In this document: in pieces, positions 50,513 to 61,340 of the stretch
How positions within the stretch are numbered: the first letter of the stretch is position 1
Layout of the letters: every line of letters starts with the position of its first letter
Assembly (NCBI GenBank): GCA_963816355.1
Contig: CAWFKH010000001.1
Coordinates: 192,001 to 256,000, forward strand
Reading direction: 5' to 3'
Source of the DNA: an uncultured Gemmatimonadales bacterium
GTDB lineage: Bacteria > Gemmatimonadota > Gemmatimonadetes > Longimicrobiales > RSA9
Length of the DNA stretch: 64,000 nucleotides
Program-made: the position numbers and the translations under genes
Notes under the pieces: model-generated
Databases searched by the model: none
What the model saw: only the letters and a program-made list of their open reading frames with translations
Told to the model about the DNA's origin: nothing

Positions 50513-51408
50513 TGCGCGTCGCGATCACGGGCGCCAACGGCCTCCTGGGCAGCGCACTGAGCGGGGCGTTGCGCGCGGACGGCCACGAAGTGACCGCGAT
50601 CACGCGCAGCCGCGCCGTGGCCCGCGCCGCGGGCGTCGTGCACTGGAAGCCCGCAGCAGGGGTGATCGACGCGGAGGGGCTGGAGGACCACGACGTCGTC
50701 GTGCACCTGGCGGGCGAGCCGCTCTTCGGCGTCTGGACGGAAGCGAAGAAGGTCCGCATCCGCGACAGCCGCGTGGCGGGCACGTCGCTGCTGAGCCGCA
50801 CGCTCGCGGGCCTGCGGCGCCCGCCGTCCGTCCTGGTCAGCGCGTCCGGCGCGGGCTACTACGGCGAGCGCGGCGAGGAGGAGGTGGACGAGCGGGCGAC
50901 CGCGGGGACCGGCTTCCTCGCCCGCGTCTGCGTCGAATGGGAGCGCGCGGCCGACCCCGCGCGCGAGGCCGGGATCCGCGTCGCGCACCTGCGCTCCGGC
51001 GTCGTCCTGAGCGAGCACGGCGGAGCGCTGAAACTGATGCTGCCGATCTTCCGGTTGGGGATCGGCGGCCGCATCGGCAGCGGCCGCCAGCCGTTCCCGT
51101 GGATCACGCTCGAGGACCACGTTCGCGCGACGCAGCACGTGATCGCGCACGGAGACATCTCGGGCGGCGTCAACATGGTCGCGCCCGGCCGCGTCGACTT
51201 TCGCGGCTTCGTCGGCGCGCTCGGCGACGCGCTCGGCCGGCCGACGCTTTTCGCCGTGCCTGCGGCGCTGGCCCGGTTGGTGATGGGCGAGATGGCGGAG
51301 GAGATGCTCCTGAGCGGCACGTGGGTCGTGCCCGGGCGGCTGCAGGAGACCGGCTTCGTGTTCCGGCAGCCGGAGATCGGAAGTGCGTTGCGCAGCCTGC
51401 TGCGTTGA
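50512..51408 (+). CDS. TIGR01777 family NAD-dependent epimerase/oxidoreductase
   Basis: ITGANGLLG, VHLAGE, SRV.GT, FLARVCVEWE and GSGRQPFPWI. Confidence 0.9.
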   Translation: MRVAITGANGLLGSALSGALRADGHEVTAITRSRAVARAAGVVHWKPAAGVIDAEGLEDHDVVVHLAGEPLFGVWTEAKKVRIRDSRVAGTSLLSRTLAGLRRPPSVLVSASGAGYYGERGEEEVDERATAGTGFLARVCVEWERAADPAREAGIRVAHLRSGVVLSEHGGALKLMLPIFRLGIGGRIGSGRQPFPWITLEDHVRATQHVIAHGDISGGVNMVAPGRVDFRGFVGALGDALGRPTLFAVPAALARLVMGEMAEEMLLSGTWVVPGRLQETGFVFRQPEIGSALRSLLR

Positions 51409-51472
51409 ACCGGCCGGCCGCGGCGAGCCCGCCCGGGCGCCGCGGCGGCCACTGTCGAAGGGAACGGACCCG

Positions 51473-51997
51473 ATGAAGGGCATGAAGGGGAGATGGCCGG
51501 TGGCAGCTCTCGTCGCGCTCGCCGCGGCGAGCGCTGCGGCGTGCGCGAAGGACCGCGGCGGCGCCGAGACGCCCGCCTCCTACGCGCTGGCGACGGTGAA
51601 CGGCAAGCCTTTGCCGTACACGCAGCCGAAGGACGTCGAGGAGGGCGACTGCCGCCCGACCTTCGCGCGCGGCGACCTGCGTCTCGAGAGCGGCAACACC
51701 TACACGCTCACGTACGACGTCCGCGAAGCGTGCATGAAGAGCGGCGTCATCAACACGGCGAACCGGTCCGTGGAGGAGAAGGGCATCTTCGAGCGCCAGG
51801 GCGACGCGCTGCGCTTCTACGTAGGGCCGGCCGCGCCCGACTCCAGCGCCGAGGGGCCGGTCATGCAGGGGACGTTGAGCGTCGACACGCTGTCGCTGTA
51901 CAACACCCGGCGCGGCGTGACCTTCCGTTTCGTTCGGGGTCCGGCCGCGGCCACCGGCGCGGAAGAGGCGGGCAGGGACTCGGCCGCCACGAATTGA
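51473..51997 (+). CDS. Hypothetical lipoprotein
   Basis: Signal ending AAAC; YALATVNGKPLP beta-rich domain. Confidence 0.7.
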   Translation: MKGMKGRWPVAALVALAAASAAACAKDRGGAETPASYALATVNGKPLPYTQPKDVEEGDCRPTFARGDLRLESGNTYTLTYDVREACMKSGVINTANRSVEEKGIFERQGDALRFYVGPAAPDSSAEGPVMQGTLSVDTLSLYNTRRGVTFRFVRGPAAATGAEEAGRDSAATN

Positions 51998-52066
51998 ATT
52001 CGCCGGGCCTCGGTTCTAACTTGGAAGGCTCGGAGTCGGCCAGGGGAGCGACCTGAAGGGGCGGGA

Positions 52067-53164
52067 ATGAGGGTTTCAGCGCATACGACGAGCGGTTACG
52101 CGCCGGCAGGCAAGGACAGCGGCGTCGTGAAGTCGAAAGGGACGGCGCGGCTGCCGGTTCTGGAGGGGCAGCGGCCGCTCGAGATGGGGGAGCGCAAGCC
52201 GTCGTGGCTGAAGGTGCGCTCGCCGGGCGGCGCGAACTACGGCCGTCTCAAGCGGCTGATGCGCGGGCAGCGGCTGCACTCGGTCTGCGAGGAGGCGGGC
52301 TGTCCCAACATCGGCGAGTGCTGGGAGGCGGGCACGGCCACGTTCCTGATCCTGGGCGACGTCTGCACCCGCGCGTGCAAGTACTGCGCGATCGCGCACG
52401 GCATGCCGACGGAGCTGGACCGGGACGAGCCGCGCCGGGTCGCGGAGGCGGTCGCGGAGCTCGAGTTGGAGCACGTGGTGGTGACGAGCGTGAACCGGGA
52501 CGAGCTCGACGACGGCGGCGCCGCGATCTTCGCGGAGACGATCCGCCTCTGTCGCGAGGCGCGCGCCGGCTGCTCGATCGAGGTGCTGATCCCGGACTTC
52601 AAGGGGGACGAGGCGGCGTTGCGGGCGGTGGTGGAAGCGCGGCCGGACATCCTCAACCACAACCTCGAGACGGTGGAGCGGCTGCATCCGTGGGCGCGGC
52701 CCGGCGGCCGGTACTGGCGCAGCATCTCGCTGCTCGGCGCGGCGAAGCGGATGGACCCGGAAATGCGGACCAAGTCCGGGATCATCCTCGGGATGGGGGA
52801 GCTCGACGCGGAAGTGCGCACGGCGCTCGAGGACCTGCGGAAGGCGGCCGTGGACATCGTCACGATCGGACAGTACCTGCGGCCGTCGGCGCACCACGCG
52901 CCGGTCGAGCGCTGGGTCAGCCCGGCCGAATTCGCGGAGTGGCGCCGGATCGGCGAGGAGGAGCTGGGATTCCGTCACGTGGAGGCGGGACCGCTCGTGC
53001 GCTCGAGCTACCACGCCGAGAAGCAGGCGCGCACGGTGGACGCGGGGGGCGTGGGCGAGATCCGGGAGATCCTCGAAGCGGACGTACCGGCGCCCGCGGA
53101 GCGGGATGCACGTCGGGCGCGTCCGTCACTGGTGCAGATCGGCGCGCGGCCGCGGGTGTCATGA
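52067..53164 (+). CDS. lipA: Lipoyl synthase
   Basis: CEEAGCPNIGEC, CTRACKYC and RSSY; the start may be further downstream. Confidence 0.97.
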   Translation: MRVSAHTTSGYAPAGKDSGVVKSKGTARLPVLEGQRPLEMGERKPSWLKVRSPGGANYGRLKRLMRGQRLHSVCEEAGCPNIGECWEAGTATFLILGDVCTRACKYCAIAHGMPTELDRDEPRRVAEAVAELELEHVVVTSVNRDELDDGGAAIFAETIRLCREARAGCSIEVLIPDFKGDEAALRAVVEARPDILNHNLETVERLHPWARPGGRYWRSISLLGAAKRMDPEMRTKSGIILGMGELDAEVRTALEDLRKAAVDIVTIGQYLRPSAHHAPVERWVSPAEFAEWRRIGEEELGFRHVEAGPLVRSSYHAEKQARTVDAGGVGEIREILEADVPAPAERDARRARPSLVQIGARPRVS

Positions 53165-53170
53165 GGCGAG

Positions 53171-54316
53171 GTGGAGATGGCGGATAGCAAGGCACAGGGA
53201 TCGGGGACGGAGACGCAGCGGTCGGCGAAGCCGGCCGCGAAGCCGGAGCCGAACGGACGACGCGCCGGGGGCGAGGCGGCGGCGGCCGAGGAACTGGCGG
53301 GCCTCGAGCGCGGCGAACTGCACGAACTGCTGCGCGCGATGCTGTTGGGCCGGCGCTTCGAGGAGAAGGCGGCGGAGGCGTACGCGCTGGGCAAGATCGG
53401 CGGCTTCTGCCACCTCTACATCGGTCAGGAGGCCGTGGCGGTGGGGGCGCTGTCGACGCTGCGCCCGGACGACTACGTGATCAGCGCCTACCGTGAGCAC
53501 GTGCAGGCGCTGACGAAGGGGCTCTCTCCACGTTCCGTCATGGCGGAGCTGTACGGCCGCCGCGACGGCTGTTCGGGGGGGAAGGGTGGCTCGATGCACC
53601 TGTACAGCCGCGAGCACAACTTCATGGGCGGCTGGGGGATCGTGGGTGGTCAGATTCCCCTCGCGACCGGGCTCGGCTGGGCGATCAGGTACCGGGAGGA
53701 GGACCGCGTCTGCGTCTGCTTCATGGGCGAGGCGGCGGTCAACCAGGGCGCGTTCCACGAGTCGCTGAACATGGCGGCGCTGTGGAAGCTGCCGGTGATC
53801 TTCATCGTGGAGAACAACCGCTTCGGCATGGGCACGGCGTGGGAGCGTGTCGCGTCGCTCTACGACATCGCGCAGAAGAGCAAGGCGTACGCGATGCCGG
53901 GCGAGGTGGCGGACGGAATGAACGTGCTGGCGATGCGACACGTCGTCGGACAGGCGGTGAAGCGGGCGCGCGAGGACGGCACGCCCACGCTCATCGAGGC
54001 GCGCTGCTACCGCTTCATGGGCCACTCGATGTCCGATCCCGTGAGCGGCGTCTACCGTACGCGTGAGGAGGTCGAGGAGGAGAAGGCGAAGGATCCGATC
54101 AAGCTCTTTATCGACGACCTGCGGCGCAACGACCTGCTGAGCGAGGACGAGTTGAAGGAGATCGACACGGAAGTGCGCGCCGAGGTCGACGACGCCGCCG
54201 AATTCGCAGAGCGTTCGCCGGATCCGGAGCCCGCGGCGTTGTACGCGGACGTCTACAGGAACGACGGCGGCCCCGGCCGCCTCTTCCTCGACGGCCGCCG
54301 TCGGGAAGAGGGCTGA
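53171..54316 (+). CDS. pdhA: Pyruvate dehydrogenase E1 alpha
   Basis: GKIGGFCHLYIGQEA, GKGGSMH, GEAA.NQG...ENN and YRFMGHSMSD. Confidence 0.95.
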   Translation: MEMADSKAQGSGTETQRSAKPAAKPEPNGRRAGGEAAAAEELAGLERGELHELLRAMLLGRRFEEKAAEAYALGKIGGFCHLYIGQEAVAVGALSTLRPDDYVISAYREHVQALTKGLSPRSVMAELYGRRDGCSGGKGGSMHLYSREHNFMGGWGIVGGQIPLATGLGWAIRYREEDRVCVCFMGEAAVNQGAFHESLNMAALWKLPVIFIVENNRFGMGTAWERVASLYDIAQKSKAYAMPGEVADGMNVLAMRHVVGQAVKRAREDGTPTLIEARCYRFMGHSMSDPVSGVYRTREEVEEEKAKDPIKLFIDDLRRNDLLSEDELKEIDTEVRAEVDDAAEFAERSPDPEPAALYADVYRNDGGPGRLFLDGRRREEG

Positions 54317-54317
54317 G

Positions 54318-55301
<984 letters not shown>

Positions 55302-55306
55302 CAGCG

Positions 55307-56689
55307 ATGGCGACCAAGGTCCACATGGAGGCGCTGTCCCCGACCATGGAGGAGGGGCAGGTCGTCTCCTGGCTGAAGCAGGAGGGCGAAGCCGTCGAGG
55401 AGGGCGACGTCCTCGCCGAGATCGAGACCGACAAGGCGACGATGGAGCTCGTCGCGCGCGGCGCGGGCGTGCTCCGGAAACGGCTCGTACCGGAGGGCGC
55501 CACCGCGCCCGTGGGCGCCGTGATCGGGGTGATCGCCGGCCCCGACGAGGAGATCGACGAGATCCTCGCCGAAGCGTCCGCGGGCTCGGCGCAGGCCGAG
55601 GGCGGCGGCGCAGAGGCGACCGCCGCCGCGGAGGCGACCGCTCCGGCGGCCCCGTCCGACGGGAGGGCGGCTCCCTCCGCCGCGCCCGGGCCGGTGAGCG
55701 GGGAGGAGGCGGCGGAGGCGGAGGTGGGCGCCGCGCCCGCTCCCGGCGGCGGGAACGGCGCAGGGCGCGTGAAGGCGTCGCCGCTCGCGCGCCGTCTGGC
55801 CGCGGAGGCGTCGCTGGACCTGGGCGACGTGCAGGGTTCCGGACCGGGCGGGCGCATCGTGAAGCGCGACATCGAGGCGGCGGTCGCGGCGGCTCCGGCT
55901 TCGGCGGCTTCGGCGGCGGCTTCGGCCGGCCCGGCGGCCCCGGCGGGCCCGGGTCCGGGCGCGCCACGGGCGGCGCCGTTCGTTCCGCGGCCGCAGACGG
56001 AGGAAGTGGTCGAGGTAGCGGTGTCGCAGATGCGGAAGAGCATCGCGAAGCGCCTGACCACCTCGATCGGGCCGGTGCCCACCTTCTATCTCACGATCGA
56101 AGTCGACATGACGCGCATGAGCGCGGTGCGCGAGAGCCTGAACGCCCGACTGGAGGCGCGCGGCCAGAAGGTCAGCGTGAACGACCTGATCATCAAGGCT
56201 GCCGCGGTTGCGCTGCGGCGGCATCCGGAGGTGAACGCAGCGTGGGGCGAGAGCGTGATCCGGCGCTACGGCCGTGTGCACGTCGGCGTCGCGGTGGCGG
56301 TCGAGGATGGCCTGATCACGCCGGTCGTCCGGGACGCGGACACGAAGGGGGTGGCGGAGATCGGTGCCGAGGTGAGGGAGCTGGCGGGGCGCGCGCGGGA
56401 GCGGAAGCTGAAGCCGGAGGAGTACACGGGCGCGACGTTCTCGATCTCGAATCTCGGCATGTTCGGGATCGACGAGTTCACGGCGATCATCAATCCGCCG
56501 GAGGCGGCGATTCTCGCGGTCGGCCGCGTGGAGGAGAAGGCGGTCGTCGAGGAAGGCGAGGTCGTGGTGCGCCCGCGGCTGCGCCTGACGATGAGCTGCG
56601 ATCATCGCGTCGTGGATGGCGCGACCGGCGCGCGCTTCCTGCAGACGCTGCGGGACTGCCTGGAAGAGCCGATGATGATGCTCGCGTGA
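55307..56689 (+). CDS. pdhC: Pyruvate dehydrogenase E2 dihydrolipoamide acetyltransferase
   Basis: Lipoyl ETDKA, E3-binding ASPLARRLA..GSGPGGRI, catalytic DHRVVDG. Confidence 0.95.
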   Translation: MATKVHMEALSPTMEEGQVVSWLKQEGEAVEEGDVLAEIETDKATMELVARGAGVLRKRLVPEGATAPVGAVIGVIAGPDEEIDEILAEASAGSAQAEGGGAEATAAAEATAPAAPSDGRAAPSAAPGPVSGEEAAEAEVGAAPAPGGGNGAGRVKASPLARRLAAEASLDLGDVQGSGPGGRIVKRDIEAAVAAAPASAASAAASAGPAAPAGPGPGAPRAAPFVPRPQTEEVVEVAVSQMRKSIAKRLTTSIGPVPTFYLTIEVDMTRMSAVRESLNARLEARGQKVSVNDLIIKAAAVALRRHPEVNAAWGESVIRRYGRVHVGVAVAVEDGLITPVVRDADTKGVAEIGAEVRELAGRARERKLKPEEYTGATFSISNLGMFGIDEFTAIINPPEAAILAVGRVEEKAVVEEGEVVVRPRLRLTMSCDHRVVDGATGARFLQTLRDCLEEPMMMLA

Positions 56690-56723
56690 GAACGACGGAT
56701 CATACGACGAGGTGAGGTGAGCG

Positions 56724-58160
56724 GTGGCGGACAGCAAATTCGACGTGATCGTGATCGGCTCGGGCCCCGGCGGCTATGTGGCGGCGATCCGGGCGGCGCA
56801 GCTGGGTCTGAAGGTCGCCTGCGTGGAAGCGCAGCGCCTGGGCGGGGTGTGCAACAACTGGGGCTGCATTCCCACGAAGGCGATGCTGGAGAGCGCGAGC
56901 TACGCCCGCCGCGTCGGGGAGCTCGGCGATTTCGGCGTCGCGGTCGGCGACGTGAAGCTCGATCTGGGCAGGGCCGCGAAGCGCGCCCGCGACGTGGCGG
57001 GGAAGGGGGAGAAGGGCACCGCCTTCCTGTTCAAGAAGAACAAGATCGAGTCGATCGAGGGTTGGGGCCGCATGCTGGGCGGTGGCAGGGTCGAGGTCGA
57101 GCCCGGCCGCAACGCGGGACACGGCCTCGAGTCGCCGCGGCAGGGCGGGGAGAAGCGCACCCTCGAAGGGAAGCAGATCATCATCGCCACCGGCTCGCGC
57201 CCGCGGTCGCTGCCTATGCTGAAGATCGACGGTGACCGCGTCTGGAGCTCCGACCAGGCCGTCTTCCCGGACGCGGTGCCCGCGAGCATCGGCATCATCG
57301 GCGCCGGCGCCATCGGGATGGAGTTCGCCGACGTCTACGAAGCGTTCGGCTCGAAGGTCACGCTGATCGAGGCGCTCGACCGCGTCCTGCCGCTGGAGGA
57401 CCCGGACGCGTCGAAGACGCTCGCCCGCCTCTACAAGAAGCGTGGCATCGACGTGCTCGAGGGCGCGCGCCTCGAGGACGCCAAGGTGAAGAAGAACGGC
57501 GTCACGCTCTCGGTGAAGACGAAGGACGGCAAGACCCGCTCGATCGACGTCGAGCGCGTGCTCGTCGCCGTGGGCCGTGCGCCGGTGATCGACGACATCG
57601 GCCTCGAGGCCGCCGGCGTGGAGACGGAGAAGGGCTTCATTCCCACCGACGAGTTCATGCGCACGAACGTCGAGGGCGTCTACGCGATCGGCGATGTGAC
57701 GAAGCCGCCGCTGCTGGCGCACAAGGCGTCGCACGAGGGGATCGTCGCCGCGGAGCACATCGCGGGCGTGGCCAAGCACGGGATCGACTACGGCAACATC
57801 CCGGCGGTGACGTACTGCCATCCGGAGGTCGCGTCGGTCGGCATGACGGAGGAGCAGGCGAAGGAGGCGGGCTACGAGGTGAGCGTCGGCGTGTTCCCAT
57901 TCAGCGCGAACGGCCGCGCCCGCACGGCGGGCGAGACCGACGGGTTCGTGAAGGTGATCCGGGACGAGCGCTACAGCGAGCTGCTCGGCGCTCACATGGT
58001 GGGCTCGCACGTCAGCGAAATGATCGCCGAGTTCGTCGTGGGTCGGCGGCTCGAGACGACGGTCGAGGAGATGGAGGAAGCGATCCATCCGCATCCCACG
58101 CTCTCCGAGGCGATCGGCGAGGCGGCGCTCGACGCGCTCGGCCGCGTCATCCACATGTAG
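56724..58160 (+). CDS. lpdA: Dihydrolipoamide dehydrogenase
   Basis: GSGPGG, GGVCNNWGCIPTK, GAGAIG and HPHPTLSE. Confidence 0.97.
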   Translation: MADSKFDVIVIGSGPGGYVAAIRAAQLGLKVACVEAQRLGGVCNNWGCIPTKAMLESASYARRVGELGDFGVAVGDVKLDLGRAAKRARDVAGKGEKGTAFLFKKNKIESIEGWGRMLGGGRVEVEPGRNAGHGLESPRQGGEKRTLEGKQIIIATGSRPRSLPMLKIDGDRVWSSDQAVFPDAVPASIGIIGAGAIGMEFADVYEAFGSKVTLIEALDRVLPLEDPDASKTLARLYKKRGIDVLEGARLEDAKVKKNGVTLSVKTKDGKTRSIDVERVLVAVGRAPVIDDIGLEAAGVETEKGFIPTDEFMRTNVEGVYAIGDVTKPPLLAHKASHEGIVAAEHIAGVAKHGIDYGNIPAVTYCHPEVASVGMTEEQAKEAGYEVSVGVFPFSANGRARTAGETDGFVKVIRDERYSELLGAHMVGSHVSEMIAEFVVGRRLETTVEEMEEAIHPHPTLSEAIGEAALDALGRVIHM

Positions 58161-58278
58161 AGGCCGCGGGCTCTGCGGCCGGTTCCGGCTTCGCGGCGGC
58201 TTCGGCTGCGGCGTCCCGGCTGGCGGCGTGCGGCTGCGTCCGGGGGCGGCGCGAGGTGACTCGCGCCGCCCCCGTGCG

Positions 58279-59049
58279 TCAGCGGAACCGGCGCGACGGC
58301 CCGCGTAGCGGCGTGTAGGAGACGCCGATGTGGAACACGAGCAGGTTCGTGTCCGTTCGTGAGGGAGTGAAGCGGAGCGAGCCGTCCGGATTGTCGTGGA
58401 TGTCGCCTTCTCGCAGGTAGCTCGCGCGGCCGCCGTCGTGATAGCGAGCCCCGACGTCGATCGAGAGCGGCAGCCGCGGCCCGCCCACCGGAACGCGGAC
58501 GCCGCCGCCGAGGCCCCAGGCGAACGCGCCGTCGTCGTAATTGGTCGATCGGGCGAAGCTTCCCGAGCTGCCGCTGCCGGAGACGGAAGATTCGGTGAAG
58601 AGATAGGAGAAGCCGACGAGCGCGTCGACATACGGGCGGACGGCTCCGTGCGGCGAGGCGATCTCGGGGCCGATCCCGGCGTAGACGATGTTGTTCGTCG
58701 TGGTCAGATCGAGCGTGACGCGGCCGCCCACGGTGCTGCTGAAGGGAACGTGGCTCGTCTCCCGGCCGTAATTGAGATAGCCGGCTTCGAGCCGGATGCC
58801 GAAGATATGCGTGCGCTCCGGCCTGAAGACGATGTGACCGCCGGCGCCGAAACCGGTGCCGACGGAGTCGCCGAAGGCGCCCTGGGGGACGTCTACGACG
58901 AGGCCGCCGCCGATCTCGAGGGGCCCGGGACCGCGTTCGATGCGCTGAGCGGCGGCCGGCCGGGCGAGGAGCGCGGCGCAGGCGGCGCTGGCAAAGAGCA
59001 GAGGGGCGAACGCGGACCGCTTCGGCTGGTGGGGCGAGGGCGTCGTCAT
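58279..59049 (-). CDS. Outer membrane beta-barrel protein
   Basis: Signal peptide, alternating beta strands (VRPYV, AWGLGGGV, DVGARY, FHIGVSY). Confidence 0.75.
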   Translation of the reverse strand: MTTPSPHQPKRSAFAPLLFASAACAALLARPAAAQRIERGPGPLEIGGGLVVDVPQGAFGDSVGTGFGAGGHIVFRPERTHIFGIRLEAGYLNYGRETSHVPFSSTVGGRVTLDLTTTNNIVYAGIGPEIASPHGAVRPYVDALVGFSYLFTESSVSGSGSSGSFARSTNYDDGAFAWGLGGGVRVPVGGPRLPLSIDVGARYHDGGRASYLREGDIHDNPDGSLRFTPSRTDTNLLVFHIGVSYTPLRGPSRRFR

Positions 59050-59266
59050 CGGATCCCCTCCTCGAGTATCGTAGAGCGTGCGCGGCCGCGGATCGCGGTC
59101 GGGGCGGCCGCGCGGGCCGCACCTTTCACTACCGCGTTCGGGGGATCGGTGTTTCGCCGGCGGGCGAGGCATGGAGCCTGCGCATCGTCGAGGGAGCACG
59201 GAACGATGGAGGAGTTGGTCACCGACGGAGTCGGGGCGCGTGCGCCCCTCAGCAGGAGGGATACGG

Positions 59267-59806
59267 ATGAGGCGAGCGATCGGAGCGGGGCTGGTGGTGA
59301 TGATGGTGGGACTCCTGGCGGGGGCGTGCGACAGCGGCCCGACCGGGCCGGTGCTGTCACGTGCGGAGGTCGCGGGCACGTACGAATTCACGACGCTGCG
59401 GTTCGACCCGCAGGGCTCTCGTCTGGAGTCGATCGACCTGCTCGCGCGGCTCGACTCGCGGCTCGACCCGCGTCTCGTGCTGACGCAGAACGGTGAGGCG
59501 CAGATCTCCTACCACGACGTGCAGACCGGCCTCGTGAAGGTGGTCCAGGGGTCCTACATCACGACGGCCGACGCGGTCACCATCACGTGGGACCAGGACA
59601 GCGACTTCGGCTTCTTCGCGCTGTCGCGGCGCATGAGCTTCACCTTCACCGCGAACACGGAGAACGAACTGGCCTTCTCCGGCAGCTCGCCGGACGGCGT
59701 CGCGCTGTCGCGCCTCACGGAGCTCGCGCCCGAGCTCGCCGACGAGCCGCTCACCGATCCGGTGCCCGGAGATCTGGAGGTCGAGCTGCGTCAGATCTCG
59801 GGCTGA
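59267..59806 (+). CDS. Hypothetical lipoprotein
   Basis: AGGAGG RBS; lipobox LAGAC; VAGTY. Confidence 0.72.
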   Translation: MRRAIGAGLVVMMVGLLAGACDSGPTGPVLSRAEVAGTYEFTTLRFDPQGSRLESIDLLARLDSRLDPRLVLTQNGEAQISYHDVQTGLVKVVQGSYITTADAVTITWDQDSDFGFFALSRRMSFTFTANTENELAFSGSSPDGVALSRLTELAPELADEPLTDPVPGDLEVELRQISG

Positions 59807-59812
59807 AGCCGC

Positions 59813-60889
59813 TCAGGGGGTGACCTCCACGGCGCCCGGCTCCCCCTCGACCACCTCACCCACGATCGCGGCGGCGGGACTGCCCGCGGCGCGGAGCCGT
59901 TGCGCCAGGGCGTCCGCCGCCGCCGCCGGCAGGCAGATCAGGAGGCCGCCCGACGTCTGCGCGTCGTTCAGCAGCAGCCGGGACGTCTCGGCCACGCCGT
60001 CCGCCCAGCGGACGAACGGGGTGAAGTCGCGGCGGTTGCGGTGCGTGCCGCCGGCGATCGCGCCCGCCTCGGCGAGGCGGGAGGTGTGCGGCAGCAGCGG
60101 CACCGCGGCGGCGCTCACGCGCGCGGCGGCGCCGCTCGCCTGCAGCATCTGGTGCAGGTGCCCGAGCAGCCCGAACCCGGTGACGTCGGTGGCGGCGTGC
60201 GCGCCCGCCTCGATCATCAGCCGGGACGCGTCCCTGTTGAGCGCGGCCATCGAGGCGACCGCAGCGCGTACGGCGGCTTCGGGCGCGTCGCCTCTCTTGA
60301 GCGCGGTCGCGACGATCCCGGTGCCGATCGGCTTGGTCAGCACCAGGCGGTCACCCGCGCGGGCGCCGTCGTTGCGCACCAGCCGTGCCGGGTTCACCTC
60401 GCCCACCACGGCGAGCCCGTAGGTCGGCTCCGGCGCATCGACCGAGTGCCCGCCGACGATCGCGATCCCCGCCTCCCGCGCCGTGTCTCCGCCTCCGCGC
60501 ACGATCTCCTCCGCCGCGCCGGAGGCGAGGTGCTCGCGCGGAAACGCGAGCAGGTTGAGCGCGAAGAGGGGACGCGCGCCTTTCGCGTAGATGTCGGAGA
60601 GCGCGTTCGCCGCGGCGATGCGGCCGAAGTCGTACGGGTCGTCGACGACGGGCGCGAAGAAATCGGCGGTCGCGACGATCGCGCGATCGTCGTCGAGGCG
60701 GTAGACGGCGGCGTCGTCGCCGCTGGAGAAACCGACGAGGACGTTCGGATCGTCGAGGGGGATCAGATGACGCAGGACCTGCGTCAGCTCGGCGCGCCCG
60801 AGCTTGCAGGCTCAGCCGGCGCCGTGTGAGAGCTGCGTCAGGCGGAGTCGCGGTCGCTGATCCCGGGGGTGCGTGGTGTCGTCGCTCAT
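59813..60889 (-). CDS. selD: Selenide, water dikinase; selenoprotein with in-frame UGA (Sec) at 60812-60814
   Basis: LTQLSHGAG-U-ACKLG in frame with DDAAV, DFFAPVVDDP, ANALSD, GGHS, TDVTGFGLLGH and DAQTSGGLL. Confidence 0.93.
60777..60811 (-). promoter_or_regulatory. Bacterial SECIS-like hairpin directly 3' of the UGA
   Basis: GCCUGC-A-AGCUCGG-GCGCG-CCGAGCU-GAC-GCAGGU stem-loop. Confidence 0.6.
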
Positions 60890-61058
60890 GCGCGGAAGGG
60901 TAACGTCGGAGTCGGGCCGGACGCCATTGCCGCTCGGGGGCGGCGTCACGATGACGGCGGCGAAGCGGGCGCGGGGGCGATTCGCCGTCGTTGCCCGGCG
61001 AAACGGCGCACCGGTAACTTGGAGCGCGGGCGACGACCGTGGTCGGAGCGGGAGAGAG

Positions 61059-61340
61059 ATGAGCAAGCAGTCGAGAGGAAAGTCGTGGCTGGACTTCAGG
61101 GTCGCGGACCGACTCGAAGCGGGGCCGGCGTCCTACAGCGTCGACCTCGTCGCCCGGCGCGGCACCGGCATCCACGGGTTCCGCACGACGGTCGTGTTCA
61201 TGCCGCTGCAGGGCGGCGCCGAGGTCGCGGTCGAGCTGCCGAACGCGGCCTCGACGGCGGACGTGCACCGCCTGGCCCGGGAGCTGAGCGACGCGCCGCG
61301 GCGGCTGCTCGAGCTGCTCGCCAGCGGGAGGACGGCATGA
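61059..61340 (+). CDS. Small hypothetical protein
   Basis: GGAGAG RBS; ATGA overlap with the next gene. Confidence 0.65.
   Translation: MSKQSRGKSWLDFRVADRLEAGPASYSVDLVARRGTGIHGFRTTVVFMPLQGGAEVAVELPNAASTADVHRLARELSDAPRRLLELLASGRTA

Noticed and set aside
60812..60814. selD as a nonsense pseudogene
   Set aside because: The UGA sits exactly at the catalytic Cys/Sec position and is followed by a hairpin
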